Positions 47,673 through 57,730 of a stretch of DNA of 64,000 nucleotides are shown here, one piece after another. The stretch's first letter is position 1, and every line of letters begins with the position of its first letter. The translations under genes and the position numbers were made by a program. The stretch is taken from NCBI GenBank assembly GCA_965217585.1, contig OZ244561.1:1312001-1376000 (forward strand), written 5' to 3'. Source of the stretch: Candidatus Latescibacterota bacterium (lineage in GTDB: Bacteria > Latescibacterota > UBA2968 > UBA8231). The notes under the pieces are model-generated. The model saw nothing but the letters and a program-made list of their open reading frames with translations. It was not told the DNA's origin and did not search any database.

Positions 47673-48536
47673 ATGGCCGAATTTGACACTATCTCCAAAC
47701 ACCTCATTCACACCTACCCCCACGACTTCGCCCGCTTTGCCCTTCAGCACGACGACCTTGAGGTACTCGACGTCATCGACACCGAGCAACCCACCGTCGA
47801 AGCCCACCGCACCGATAGCCTCATCCGCGTGCGCGTCGGCGACGAGGAGGCGTTGGTCCATCACGAATTTCAAACCACCGACAGCACCCCGCCGATGCCG
47901 CGCCGGATGGTCGGCTACATCGGGCGCGGCATTGAGCAGCACGGCCTGCCGATCTACTCCAGCGTCATCTATCTACGTCCAGCGGCCGGCCGAACCGATC
48001 CGGGGCACCATATCCAAGAGCGGCACGGCTTCCGCGTGCTGGTGCAATACCAAGTGATTCGGCTGATAGAAATAGACGGCCAACGCATCCTCGACGCGGG
48101 GCACTCGGGCTTGCTGCCGTTTGCGCCGTTGATGCAGCGGCCGACGGGGGTGGATGCGGCGGCGTGGTTGCGCCAGTGTGTGAACCGGGCGCAGCAGGTG
48201 CCGATAGACGAGACTCTCAAGGCGAATTATCTGGCCGATCTTGCCATTTTGAGCGGGTTGGTGTATAAATTAGAAACGATTATGGCCATCATCGCGGAGG
48301 AGACCATGTACGAATCGTCGGTAGTGCAGTATTTCACGGAAAAGGGCATTGAGCAGGGAGGCCGAGAATTTCTCCTCGACGTGTTGGCCCTTCGCTTTCA
48401 GCCGGAGGATGTGCAACGGTTGACCAGCCGCATTGAGGCCATCGGGGATGTGCAGCGCCTCAAGCAGTTACATCGGGCGGCCATACAGGTCCCCAGCCTC
48501 GAAGCCTTTAGGCACCTGTTAGACGCCGACGAGTAG
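47673..48536 (+). CDS. Rpn-like recombination-promoting nuclease/putative transposase
   Basis: FDTISKHL, RTDSLI, LVHHEFQT, MPRRM..Y, VIYL, LLPFAPLM, MYESSVVQ...EKGIEQG. Confidence 0.8.
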   Translation: MAEFDTISKHLIHTYPHDFARFALQHDDLEVLDVIDTEQPTVEAHRTDSLIRVRVGDEEALVHHEFQTTDSTPPMPRRMVGYIGRGIEQHGLPIYSSVIYLRPAAGRTDPGHHIQERHGFRVLVQYQVIRLIEIDGQRILDAGHSGLLPFAPLMQRPTGVDAAAWLRQCVNRAQQVPIDETLKANYLADLAILSGLVYKLETIMAIIAEETMYESSVVQYFTEKGIEQGGREFLLDVLALRFQPEDVQRLTSRIEAIGDVQRLKQLHRAAIQVPSLEAFRHLLDADE

Positions 48537-48750
48537 GCCCGCCGCGCAACATCACTCATATATAAAGGAAGGGTGATTTTGATTCTTGCGGGCGCAATCC
48601 GGCGACCAAGCCTAGAGCTAGAAGAATAATCCTTGTAAGTGGGTCGCCCCCGCCATAAGCTATGTGTAGATACCCGCCGGCAGCGTGCTGTCGGCTCAAG
48701 GGCCGCTCTTCGGAGTGGCCCTTGCCCTATCTGCCCTTGCGGAGATTCCC

Positions 48751-49299
48751 ATGACGACCACCGATTTGATAACCGCCAACGAGTTATTGCAGATGAAGGA
48801 CGATGGCTTCCGCTATGAACTGGTCCGAGGAGAATTGATAAAAAGGAGTCCAGCCGGCCACCAACACGGTAGAATCGCGCTCAATTTCACCACGCCCTTG
48901 GACCAGTTCGTCCGGGCCAACCAACTAGGTGCCGTCTATGCGGCCGAAACCGGCTTCAAACTGGCCGAGGATCCCGATGTGGTGCGGGCCCCAGACGCGG
49001 CCTTCATCCGGCGCGAGCGGGTCGAGGTGGAGGGCCAAACCGAGGGCTTTTGGCCCGGTGCTCCCGACCTAGCGGCCGAGGTTGTCTCACCGGGCGATAC
49101 CTACGCCGAGGTCCAGGACAAGATCGCCGATTGGCTCGACGCTGGCACCCGCTTGGTCGTGGTCGTCAATCCAAGCACCCAAACGGTCGCTCTGCACCAC
49201 TCGCGGAGCGACATCCGCATCCTGACCACCGACGACGTACTCGACGGCGGCGAAGTGGTGCCGAACTGGACCCTGCCGGTGCGAGATATATTCATCTAA
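48751..49299 (+). CDS. Uma2 family endonuclease
   Basis: RYELVRGEL...SPAG..HG, RAPDAAF, PDLAAEVVSP, WLDAGTRLVVVVNP. Confidence 0.93.
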   Translation: MTTTDLITANELLQMKDDGFRYELVRGELIKRSPAGHQHGRIALNFTTPLDQFVRANQLGAVYAAETGFKLAEDPDVVRAPDAAFIRRERVEVEGQTEGFWPGAPDLAAEVVSPGDTYAEVQDKIADWLDAGTRLVVVVNPSTQTVALHHSRSDIRILTTDDVLDGGEVVPNWTLPVRDIFI

Positions 49300-49305
49300 A
49301 TACCT

Positions 49306-50268
49306 CTACAAAGCCCCCCGATGCCCCCTGCGAATGGCCTCGCACAAGCGCATGGTATGCACGGCATCGTCCAAGTTCGACCACGGCGTGCGGTCCTCCA
49401 GAATGCAATCGACAAAGTGGACGACCTCGTTGAAGCCGGCCCCGCCCATTGCTTCGATCTCCTCGGCTTCTACGGTAAAGGGCTCCCTCTTGTCATAGCC
49501 CTCCACCTGCGGCCCCCGAGTCATATTCAGATAGATCGACAAATCCTCGCCGTGTACCTCGGCCCGCTGAATGCGGTAACCCACACCGTAGTGGCTCATC
49601 ATGGTGCCGAAAGTGCCCGTATCGAAACGCACCACGGCGTTGTGCCGGTGGCACCCAGGCCGCTCGCCGTCTTGCACCATCCCTTGCACCTCCACCGGAA
49701 TAGCCGCTTGCTCGGCGCTGGGGCCAGCCAGCCAGCGCAGCAGATCGACGTGGTGAATGGCGTCGCATATCACCGGATCGGGCGCCACCGGCCCCAACAG
49801 AGTCACCGGCTTATTGTACGTGGCGGCGCAATGCACCGCGCCCCCAGCCGCCTCGATGCGCTGCCGCACGGCTAGCACTTGAGGAAAGTAACGCCGATTA
49901 AAAGACACCAGCGCCTTGCCTTGGCTCTGCTGGGCCGCTTGGGCCATTTGTGCGGTCTCGGCCGCGGTCATGCCCGGCGCTTTCTCCACGGAGGTGTGCA
50001 GCCCGCGCTCCAAGCAATCGACCACGATGGGAAGCAAGTGGCCGGGCATGGTGACCACATGCACGACCTCCGGCTGGCAGACATCGAGCATCTCCCGGTA
50101 GTCGGCAAAGGCGTGTTCCGGCCCCCATTCGCCTTGGTTTTTGCGCCGCCGCTCTTCGTCGAGCTCGGCAATGCCCACCAAGCGCAGGCGCAGCTCGGCG
50201 GCAATCATGCGGAAGTGCGACTGAGCGTGGCCGCCGCAGCCGATGACCGCTACTTTTAAATCTGCCAT
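49306..50268 (-). CDS. Gfo/Idh/MocA family oxidoreductase
   Basis: VAVIGCGGHA, EKAPG, FNRRY, IHHVD. Confidence 0.92.
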   Translation of the reverse strand: MADLKVAVIGCGGHAQSHFRMIAAELRLRLVGIAELDEERRRKNQGEWGPEHAFADYREMLDVCQPEVVHVVTMPGHLLPIVVDCLERGLHTSVEKAPGMTAAETAQMAQAAQQSQGKALVSFNRRYFPQVLAVRQRIEAAGGAVHCAATYNKPVTLLGPVAPDPVICDAIHHVDLLRWLAGPSAEQAAIPVEVQGMVQDGERPGCHRHNAVVRFDTGTFGTMMSHYGVGYRIQRAEVHGEDLSIYLNMTRGPQVEGYDKREPFTVEAEEIEAMGGAGFNEVVHFVDCILEDRTPWSNLDDAVHTMRLCEAIRRGHRGAL

Positions 50269-50363
50269 AGGGCTTCCTTTCCAAGGGGTTGATTACTAAA
50301 GCCTAAAAATAATTGCCAATATACAGTGCTGCTTACTCCTATGCTCGTTCTTCGTTGACAAAT

Positions 50364-50392
50364 TTGACAGGGGATTGTAGGGCCAGTATAGT
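50364..50392 (+). promoter_or_regulatory. Sigma70-type promoter
   Basis: TTGACA-17 nt-TATAGT upstream of 50431. Confidence 0.75.
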
Positions 50393-50430
50393 GTTTCAAC
50401 TCGGTTCACAATATTCCAAAGGATCTTCTC

Positions 50431-51048
50431 ATGCGCGTCATTGCCGTTGGCTGCGAATACTCAGGCGTTAGCACCCTCATCGCGCAGGTGCATCAATGGG
50501 GGCTGAGTCGCGGAATTAGCCACCATCTCGACGATCATTTTACCATCCCCGACGCCTATCACCTCAGCGACGAGGAGCAGCTAGCCATGCTGGCCATGCT
50601 GCCGGCCATCAAGGAGCGCTTCCAGCGCTTCCAGATCGTCTATCACGTGCGCTTGCTGCACCGCTATCGAGACATCTTGTTGGGTGGTTTCCACATAGAG
50701 GAAAAGGTGTACGGCCCCAAATACTACTACCCGGACATCGACATCGACATCCGCGAATACGAGCCAGACATGCCCGATGACACCATACTCGTCCACCTGG
50801 ACGCCGCGCCCGCAACAATCCGCGCCCGCATGGCCGCAGCCCCACATCCGCACTCATTGGTCCCCACCGAAGACGTTCCAGAAATACTAGATCGTTTCCA
50901 GCAAGAGGTGCGGGCCTCTTGGATCCGCCGCAAATTCGCCATTGATACCACCGACCTAACGCCTATCCAACTCCTCGAAACCTTCCTCAACCGCTCCATC
51001 CCCCACCTCAATCCCGGCGACGCCGCCACGCGGCTTTTGACCCGCTAG
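50431..51048 (+). CDS. Hypothetical NMP-kinase-like P-loop fold protein
   Basis: MRVIAVGCEYSGVST P-loop-like start; ILVHLDAAPATIRARM lid-like segment; AIDTT. Confidence 0.7.
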   Translation: MRVIAVGCEYSGVSTLIAQVHQWGLSRGISHHLDDHFTIPDAYHLSDEEQLAMLAMLPAIKERFQRFQIVYHVRLLHRYRDILLGGFHIEEKVYGPKYYYPDIDIDIREYEPDMPDDTILVHLDAAPATIRARMAAAPHPHSLVPTEDVPEILDRFQQEVRASWIRRKFAIDTTDLTPIQLLETFLNRSIPHLNPGDAATRLLTR

Positions 51049-51066
51049 CCTGACATAGCTTCTACC

Positions 51067-51267
51067 ATGACTAATCGCAACACGCAAAGGACGGAAATGG
51101 TAGATTCGAGAAGGGACTTTTTTAGCAAGGCGAACAACCTCACGCTCGGTACGGCGACTACCGTACCGCCGGGTTATCCCGGAGCGGTGCACATTTGTCC
51201 GAACATATACACGACACCCTATGAACTGGATCTATTCGTCGCCGCGATGAAAGAACTGGCCGCCTAG
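51067..51267 (+). pseudogene. Internally deleted remnant, probably of a Tat-exported class V aminotransferase
   Basis: SRRDFF twin-arginine start joined directly to GAVHICPNIYTTPYELDLFVAAMKELA, which resembles the class V aminotransferase C-terminus. Confidence 0.55.
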
Positions 51268-51280
51268 TCCCCTTTCTGCG

Positions 51281-52705
51281 CTACATTAGCTCCGCCGTCC
51301 AATACGCCTGCGGGTCTCTCGCGCTATTGCCCACGCGCCGCACCAAGCCCCGGGATGTCAATGCGTACAGATTCCTCAACACCACCGGACGCGAATAGCC
51401 AGTCAACGCCACCAACTCGCCGGTCCTCAACCGGCCAACCAGCGCGATCTGCTCAAATAAATGGCGCGCGGCCTCGGGCATCCCTCGCAGTTCATCCGGC
51501 TGGACCATCGCACCGGACAGCGCTATTTCGACGCCGCCCGCCATCTGCCTGACCACCGGACGCTGCCGCCCACTCGCTTCCATCACGGCCACCATGCGGC
51601 GCAACCCTTCCCCCAATTCCTGACCATACGACAAGTCGGTCATCACCCGCGCAATGCGGGGGTTGCGAGCAAACCGCCGCACCTCCAGCAAGTCGCCTAG
51701 GGCAGTTATTCCGGGGAATCGGCCCGGACTCGACACCTCGACCTTATCGTCGAACACCGCTAACCGGATGTGGTCGCCGAAGTTGCTGTACGCGCGATGG
51801 ATGACCGCGTTCACTAGTGCTTCCAGCCAAACTTCTTCCGGCACGATGCCAAACCAGCCAAAACGTCCATCCGGCCCCAAAGACCTGCGCTTGGGCATTG
51901 CCTCGCGCATGGCCTGACGCGCCGCGTCGATCTGCTGCGGCAACCGCCCCGCGCAGCGGATGTCGCTGATCAGATTCTGCTCGCTGCCCGTGCGCCGCTC
52001 GCGCCCGGCGTATTTCAGCACCCTGACAAAGGCCTGGGGGAACGCCCTTTGCGGATCGGCCGCAAACAGCAATGCACCCGCCGTGCGCATTTCACCATCT
52101 GGCCCGACCAAATCTCGCGCCTGCAACAGCCGCTGCGGATCCGGATGCCCCACCTGTTCGGCGTAGGCGGCTACGCTGTCTGCGTCGAGTGGAGAAGGCC
52201 CGTACGTACTTGCGGGCGTAATTTCAAAACTGGTATCCCCTCGGTCGTATTGAAATTCAATGCGCTGCTCAAAGGACAACCGGCGGTTTTCATCGCCGGT
52301 GCGCAGGAAAACCTCGTCGCGGGTCGTGCTATGCACCTGACTGCTCGGAGGTATGGCTATCAACAGCGCGTGGTCCGCCGCGCACCGGGCATTGATGCAC
52401 TGCAACAGGATCGGCTCAAAGCGCACCGGCGGCAGCGTCAAATTAACCCCGGCCTGCCGCCACTCATTCTGCGCCTGCGGGCGGTCGTCAATCCCCTCAC
52501 AAGTGCCGGCGCGAAAGCCGACGACAATAACTCCACCCTCGGCATTCGCCATTGCCACCAGCGTTTCGGCCAAGCTACGGGCTGAAATACGCGCACTTTT
52601 GCGGTCAAACCATTGCCCTTCCGGCTCGGCCAACAGAAGCTCAGTTACTGCATCCGGCGGCATGGCTAACAGATTCTCAATCGGCGGCAACATACTTGGT
52701 CGCAT
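51281..52705 (-). CDS. AlbA_2 (Schlafen-like) + HATPase_c_4 + wHTH protein
   Basis: EGQWFDRKS..LVAMANAEGG; EALVNAVIHRAY; SSPG; RNPRIA; GEGLRRM; C-terminal HTH. Confidence 0.88.
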   Translation of the reverse strand: MRPSMLPPIENLLAMPPDAVTELLLAEPEGQWFDRKSARISARSLAETLVAMANAEGGVIVVGFRAGTCEGIDDRPQAQNEWRQAGVNLTLPPVRFEPILLQCINARCAADHALLIAIPPSSQVHSTTRDEVFLRTGDENRRLSFEQRIEFQYDRGDTSFEITPASTYGPSPLDADSVAAYAEQVGHPDPQRLLQARDLVGPDGEMRTAGALLFAADPQRAFPQAFVRVLKYAGRERRTGSEQNLISDIRCAGRLPQQIDAARQAMREAMPKRRSLGPDGRFGWFGIVPEEVWLEALVNAVIHRAYSNFGDHIRLAVFDDKVEVSSPGRFPGITALGDLLEVRRFARNPRIARVMTDLSYGQELGEGLRRMVAVMEASGRQRPVVRQMAGGVEIALSGAMVQPDELRGMPEAARHLFEQIALVGRLRTGELVALTGYSRPVVLRNLYALTSRGLVRRVGNSARDPQAYWTAELM

Positions 52706-52864
52706 GGATAAGGCGGTTGACGAAGGCGAAACATTTCAGGGCGGGGCCTCTATAGGCCGTAAATTTGTGCTGACGACGCCCCCTAGATGCGCGGGCGTCC
52801 CTACGTAATCTCCATTTTGAACATTACTATATCATACTATAAATAATTTATAGTAAAAAGTCCC

Positions 52865-54064
52865 CTATTCCCCCCTCGCCCCCGCCTCCAACCCCCGGGC
52901 GATATCCAAATTTTCGCGGAAGCCTTGGTCATCCGGGGCCAAGCGCACCGCGCTGGCAAAAGCCGCGGCTGCGGCCGCAAAGTCCCGGCGCATCAGGTGC
53001 AGGTTGCCGAGGCTATTGTACGCGTTGGCGTGGGTCGAATCCGCGGCGAGCGCTTGGGCAAAAAGCCGCTGGGCCGCAGCGAATCGCTCCTCGCGCAAAT
53101 AGATGTTGCCCAAGTTCACATAGGCCGCCGCAAAGCTCGAGTCGAGCGCGAGAGCACGGCGGTAGCGCGCCGCGGCCTTGGCAAATTGGCGACGCTGGCC
53201 ATAGAGCACTCCCAAGTCGTAGTGGCGGCGCGCGTCCTCGGCCTCGCTCAAGAGCGTAAACTCCAAACTCTTGACCATCTTTTCCTCTTCTTCGAGGCGC
53301 GCAAATCGCTCCAATACCTCGCGGCCCTTTTGCCGCTTGCCTAAGCGCATATAAACCTGCCCCAAGTCGTAGTGGGGGCGCGCCCAAAACGGGCGCAGCG
53401 CGACGGCCCGCAGCAAAAGATCCTCGGCCTCCTCATAGCGCTGCTCCTCCACATAGAGGGCACCCAAGCCCGCGTACGCACCCGCTTGGGTCGTGTCCGT
53501 GCGAATCGCCTGGGCAAACGCCGTTTTCGCCGCTTCGCGCTCGCCGCGCTTGACGTGGACTTGGCCGAGATGGTACCAAAGTTCATAGTGCGTCGAATCC
53601 ACTTGCAAGGCGCGCTCGTACAGGGCGGCGGCCTCTTGGTATGCGCCCTGCCGGATGTGCAGCAGGCCCAAGGCATTGTAGGCGGAAATGTACCCGGGGT
53701 CGCTTTCCAATGCCTTGCGGAGCGGCGCGTAGGCCGCCTCGTACTTTTTTTGCCGGATGTACACAGCGCCGAGCTGGTAATACGCGTCCGCATAGTCGGG
53801 CTTGAGTGCTATGGCTTTTTGGTACGCGGCCTCAGCTTGGTCGAGGGCATCGGTCAGAAAATAGGCATTGGCCAGATTGTAATGGACTTGGGGCGCGTCG
53901 GGCATCTGCGCGGCCGCTTGCTTGTACGCGGCAATGGCTGCGTGGAAACGCCCGCGTTGAGCGTGCTCAAGCCCCTGCTGGAAATACGCGCGCCCGGTAG
54001 CCGAGGGCGGCTCCGGCTCTTGGCAGCCGATGAGCAGCAGCGCTAGGCACGAGGCCCTAATCAT
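52865..54064 (-). CDS. TPR-repeat lipoprotein
   Basis: Lipobox LLIGC followed by TPRs; 4-bp overlap with the CRTAC1 gene. Confidence 0.9.
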   Translation of the reverse strand: MIRASCLALLLIGCQEPEPPSATGRAYFQQGLEHAQRGRFHAAIAAYKQAAAQMPDAPQVHYNLANAYFLTDALDQAEAAYQKAIALKPDYADAYYQLGAVYIRQKKYEAAYAPLRKALESDPGYISAYNALGLLHIRQGAYQEAAALYERALQVDSTHYELWYHLGQVHVKRGEREAAKTAFAQAIRTDTTQAGAYAGLGALYVEEQRYEEAEDLLLRAVALRPFWARPHYDLGQVYMRLGKRQKGREVLERFARLEEEEKMVKSLEFTLLSEAEDARRHYDLGVLYGQRRQFAKAAARYRRALALDSSFAAAYVNLGNIYLREERFAAAQRLFAQALAADSTHANAYNSLGNLHLMRRDFAAAAAAFASAVRLAPDDQGFRENLDIARGLEAGARGE

Positions 54065-55647
54065 CGCGGTTCCTCCGCGATCAACACTTGTCCGGCCAGC
54101 ACTCCATCGAGCCGCTGCACCTTGCCGCTAGGCCAGCGAATCTCCACTTCGTCGGCCTGCGCGCTGGCACCGAGACCAAAAAAGACGCGCGGATCGTGGC
54201 TCGACAGATAGCTGCCGCCGCGGCGCACCTCCCGCACTTGCACCCGAGGCCCGGTGCGCACGCGGATGCGAGCGCCAACGCCGTCGCGGTTGCTCTCCAC
54301 GCCTACCGTGCGGACGGCCAAGTAGTTGCGCTCGCCGCCCATGTCGTTGCGCAGGAGCGAAGGGCGCGCATTGATGTGGGCCACTGCAATATCGAGGTCA
54401 CCGTCGTTGTCGCAATCGCCCAAGGCCATCCCCCGGCTCGACTGCACAGCACCAAGCCCGGCCGCGGCGCTGACCTCGGCAAACCCAGCCGCGCCGTCGT
54501 TTCTGAACAATTGATTGGGCTGCGCGTACGTGGTCTCGGCGAAAAATTCTACGTTGTCGTCGATGTGACCATTGGCCACGAAGAGATCCTCATCGCCGTC
54601 GAGATCCCAGTCGAAGAAAGCCGTGCCCCAAGCCAAGTACGCCAGCGAAGGCTTGCCCAGTTTGGCGTCCGTCGTCCGGTCGCGGAAAAACCCCTCGCCC
54701 TCGTTGTGGTACAAGGTATTGGTCTCCAAGTAAAAATTGGTCACGAAAAAATCAAAGGCCCCGTCGTTGTCATAGTCGCCCGCGGCCACGCCCATGCCGG
54801 CTTCGGATTGTCCCTGTCTATTGTGGGAAACTCCGGCGATTAAACCCACTTCCGCGAAATGGCCGCCCTCGTTTTGGTAGAGCAAATTGGGCGTGCCATC
54901 GCCTGCGACAAACAGGTCGAGGTCGCCGTCGAGATCCCAATCGGAAAAAACCGCGCCTAACTCCCGCGCCTGGCCTAGAGCAAGACCCACTTCCGCACCG
55001 ACCTCGGCGAAGCGACCGCCGTCGTTGCGGTAGAAAGCATCCGCTTCGGGCGCATAGGTCCACGGTGCGCAATAGACCCGGACGCTATCTTGGCGAAAAC
55101 AAGCGCGGTCTGAGTCGGCGCGGAAGTCCAGATAATTGGCCACATACAAGTCCAAGTCGCCGTCGAGATCCCAGTCGCCGAAAGCCGCGCCCGTGCCGAA
55201 GCCCTCGTCGCCCACGCCGGCTGTGGCCGTGACATCGGCAAAGCGGCCATCGCCGCGATTGCGGTAGAAGATGTTCGCGCCGTAGCAGGTAATGTACAAG
55301 TCTGCATCACCGTCGTTGTCGTAGTCAGCGGCCACCACACCCATGCCGCACCCGGAATTTTCCACGCCGGCCGCTTGCGTCCGCTCGGCAAAACGGCCAT
55401 TTCCTTCGTTGTGGTAGAGCGCGGCTGGGGCGGCGACATTGACCCAATACAGGTCGAGCCAGCCGTCGTCGTCATAGTCAAAAAAGGCCACGCCCGACCC
55501 CATCGTCTCGGGCAACTGCTTCTGCCCCCTAGCCCCGTTGCGGTGCTCGAATTCAATGCCAGCAGCCGCGGCCACATCCACGTACCGAGGTTGAGCGACC
55601 GAGCCTCCTGCCCACAGGCCAATCAGCAGCGTAAAAACCCAGCGCAT
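54061..55647 (-). CDS. CRTAC1 family (FG-GAP + ASPIC/UnbV) secreted protein
   Basis: [16 protein letters not shown], repeated [32 protein letters not shown]. Confidence 0.92.
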   Translation of the reverse strand: MRWVFTLLIGLWAGGSVAQPRYVDVAAAAGIEFEHRNGARGQKQLPETMGSGVAFFDYDDDGWLDLYWVNVAAPAALYHNEGNGRFAERTQAAGVENSGCGMGVVAADYDNDGDADLYITCYGANIFYRNRGDGRFADVTATAGVGDEGFGTGAAFGDWDLDGDLDLYVANYLDFRADSDRACFRQDSVRVYCAPWTYAPEADAFYRNDGGRFAEVGAEVGLALGQARELGAVFSDWDLDGDLDLFVAGDGTPNLLYQNEGGHFAEVGLIAGVSHNRQGQSEAGMGVAAGDYDNDGAFDFFVTNFYLETNTLYHNEGEGFFRDRTTDAKLGKPSLAYLAWGTAFFDWDLDGDEDLFVANGHIDDNVEFFAETTYAQPNQLFRNDGAAGFAEVSAAAGLGAVQSSRGMALGDCDNDGDLDIAVAHINARPSLLRNDMGGERNYLAVRTVGVESNRDGVGARIRVRTGPRVQVREVRRGGSYLSSHDPRVFFGLGASAQADEVEIRWPSGKVQRLDGVLAGQVLIAEEPR

Positions 55648-55734
55648 CTGTCCATCCTGTCCATCCATGTATTATTTTAGTCGCCCAAGATACCGACTCG
55701 GCAAACGACCTACAAGGCGGCAGAAAAAGCATCC

Positions 55735-55899
55735 ATGCGTCCAACAAATCCCTATCTGTGGCTCGGTCTGTTGTGGCTAGCTGCCCTAATCGGGGTGAGT
55801 GCCTTTACCTTCCACTACGGAGAGGGGCTGTCCTATTTCAGCACGAATCCGGATGCGTGTGCCAACTGCCACATCATGCGGCCCCAGCTAGATTCCTAA
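55735..55899 (+). pseudogene. nrfH: Truncated cytochrome c nitrite reductase small subunit
   Basis: Hand translation [54 protein letters not shown]: TM anchor plus only the first CxxCH. Confidence 0.8.
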
Positions 55900-56727
55900 A
55901 AGCCATCGTCCTTTTGGCCTTAGTGGCTTTGGCCAGCGCACTCGTCACCGGGCTGCTGGTCAACATATACGAACGCAAGGCCGAAGCGCGGCGCGGCCCG
56001 GTGCGCCTCGTCGCGGTCGGGGAGGACGACACCGACCCGGCCCATTGGGGCATCAACTGGCCGCGGCAATACGACAGCTATAAGCGCACGGCCGAGGCGA
56101 CTCGCACGCGCTTCGGCGGACACGGCGGCAGCGAGGCCCTGCCAGCGCAGAAGATCGAACGCGACCCCTAGCTTCGGCGGATGTTCCTCGGGTACGCCTT
56201 CTCAATCGACTACCGCGACCGGCGCGGCCACGCCTACATGCTCTACGACCAAGAGCAAACCGAGCGGCAATCCAAGCCCCAGTCCGGCTCCTGCCTGCAC
56301 TGCCACGCCTCCATCATGCCCCTCTACCCACTGGGTGCGCAGCCCTCTGCTGAACATCAACCGCGCCTGTCAGGTCTGCCACTCTTTCTCCGAGGCCGAA
56401 CTCGCCGCCCGCGCCGACGCGATCCAGCAGCGCAATTTCGGCCTCCTGCAACGAGCCGGTGCCGCGCTCATGGATCAACTCGACGCCATGGCCGCGGCCC
56501 GCGCGGCCGGTGCCGAAGACGAGGACCTAGCAGCGGCCCTAGCCCTGCAGCGCAAGGCGCAGTGGCGGCTCGATTTCGTGGCCGCGGAAAATTCCATGGG
56601 CTTTCACGCTCCGCAGGAGGCCGCCCGCATTCTCGGCGAAGCAGCCGATTACGCCCGCCAAGGCCAGATCGCTGCTGTCGAGTGGTTGGTCGAGGCACAA
56701 AAACCTACGCAAAAGGACAAACCCTAG
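55900..56727 (+). pseudogene. nrfA: Disrupted ammonia-forming cytochrome c552 nitrite reductase
   Basis: [33 protein letters not shown], then [14 protein letters not shown] and [21 protein letters not shown]. In-frame TAG at 56169 and a frameshifting deletion near 56328. Confidence 0.85.
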
Positions 56728-56731
56728 TTGC

Positions 56732-57160
56732 ATGGCAACCATACTACCTGTTTCGATCTTACTGATCCTGATCGCCATCGGCGTCCACTACGAGGCGCTC
56801 GCCTTTGGCTCGCGCTGGCTGGGGAAGCTGTCGATTGCCCCGCGCCTCCGAGTGTTGCTCGGCGTGCTCCTCACCCTCTGCGCCCACTTCGTCGAGGTCG
56901 TGCTTTTTGCCGTCGGCTGGTACTACCTACTCGCCATCGACATCGCGACCCTCTCCGGCGTGGTGTCCGGGCCGACCGACATCCTGTATTTCTCGCTGGC
57001 CACGTACACCTCGCTGGGGTACGGCGACATCGCGCCGTTGGGAGCGGCGCGGCTGTTGGCGGGTATTGAATCGCTGATCGGGCTGGGGCTAATTGCGTGG
57101 TCGGCGTCCTTTACGTACCTCGAAATGCAGCGCCACTGGTATGCGCACAACGGGGATTGA
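56732..57160 (+). CDS. Ion_trans_2 potassium-channel-like membrane protein
   Basis: [17 protein letters not shown] selectivity-filter motif between TM helices. Confidence 0.88.
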   Translation: MATILPVSILLILIAIGVHYEALAFGSRWLGKLSIAPRLRVLLGVLLTLCAHFVEVVLFAVGWYYLLAIDIATLSGVVSGPTDILYFSLATYTSLGYGDIAPLGAARLLAGIESLIGLGLIAWSASFTYLEMQRHWYAHNGD

Positions 57161-57223
57161 GGCAGTTCATAGTTTGAGGGGGCAAATCGAAACTCCTCCA
57201 GTCGCTAATTGGACAGAGCTTTT

Positions 57224-57445
57224 CTAGGCTGCATAGGCGATGACTTCAAGCTCAGCCGCTTCACCCGTCTGCTCAAGTAAGTTCTCAACCTTTTCCATAA
57301 CCGGATCCTCGATAGAGAATTCCGTGCAATTGGTGCATTCCAGCACAGGTAGCTTCTTGATCACGACAATACTAGTCGGCCCAAGGCAGAAGGGAAGGTC
57401 TGAAATGGTCGGCTCTAAGCGTCCTCCACAAACATGGCACTTCAC
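57224..57445 (-). CDS. YgiT-type zinc-finger (MqsA-like) protein
   Basis: KCHVCGG...VIKKLPVLECTNCTE...ELEVIAYAA; GTG start after GGAG. Confidence 0.85.
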   Translation of the reverse strand: MKCHVCGGRLEPTISDLPFCLGPTSIVVIKKLPVLECTNCTEFSIEDPVMEKVENLLEQTGEAAELEVIAYAA

Positions 57446-57730
57446 GATGATCTCCTCCGTGTTTTTGAGTCTGATAACCATTCTAGTTCACTCGGTGTAC
57501 ACGTTCAAGAAGTCCGCAGATCGCGGACAACCATTTGACTGCATCATAGGCAGTCTGGCGCAGGGCTGGCTTTGAGCCATGGGTATCTCCCATCGCACGG
57601 CGGAGTATTTGGAGGGCGTGTGCTCCTGAGATAATGGCATGGTGTTCCTACTATGGTATTAGCTCACTAGTCCTGTCTCAATTTCCTGAATCGTGCCCTC
57701 CTTGCACTTCGGGCAGATTCTGAGTGCATC

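Larger units (their letters stand above)
44424..49305. mobile_element. Inserted accessory segment bounded by the duplicated gene end
   Basis: Flanking 137-bp direct repeats; visibly AT-richer in 44650..47200; cargo of HTH, toxin-like and nuclease genes. No integrase seen. Confidence 0.6.

Noticed and set aside
44287-49442. Direct repeat as a DGR template/variable pair or prophage att sites
   Set aside because: Mismatches are mostly synonymous and not adenine-specific, and no reverse transcriptase, integrase or phage gene is in the window.
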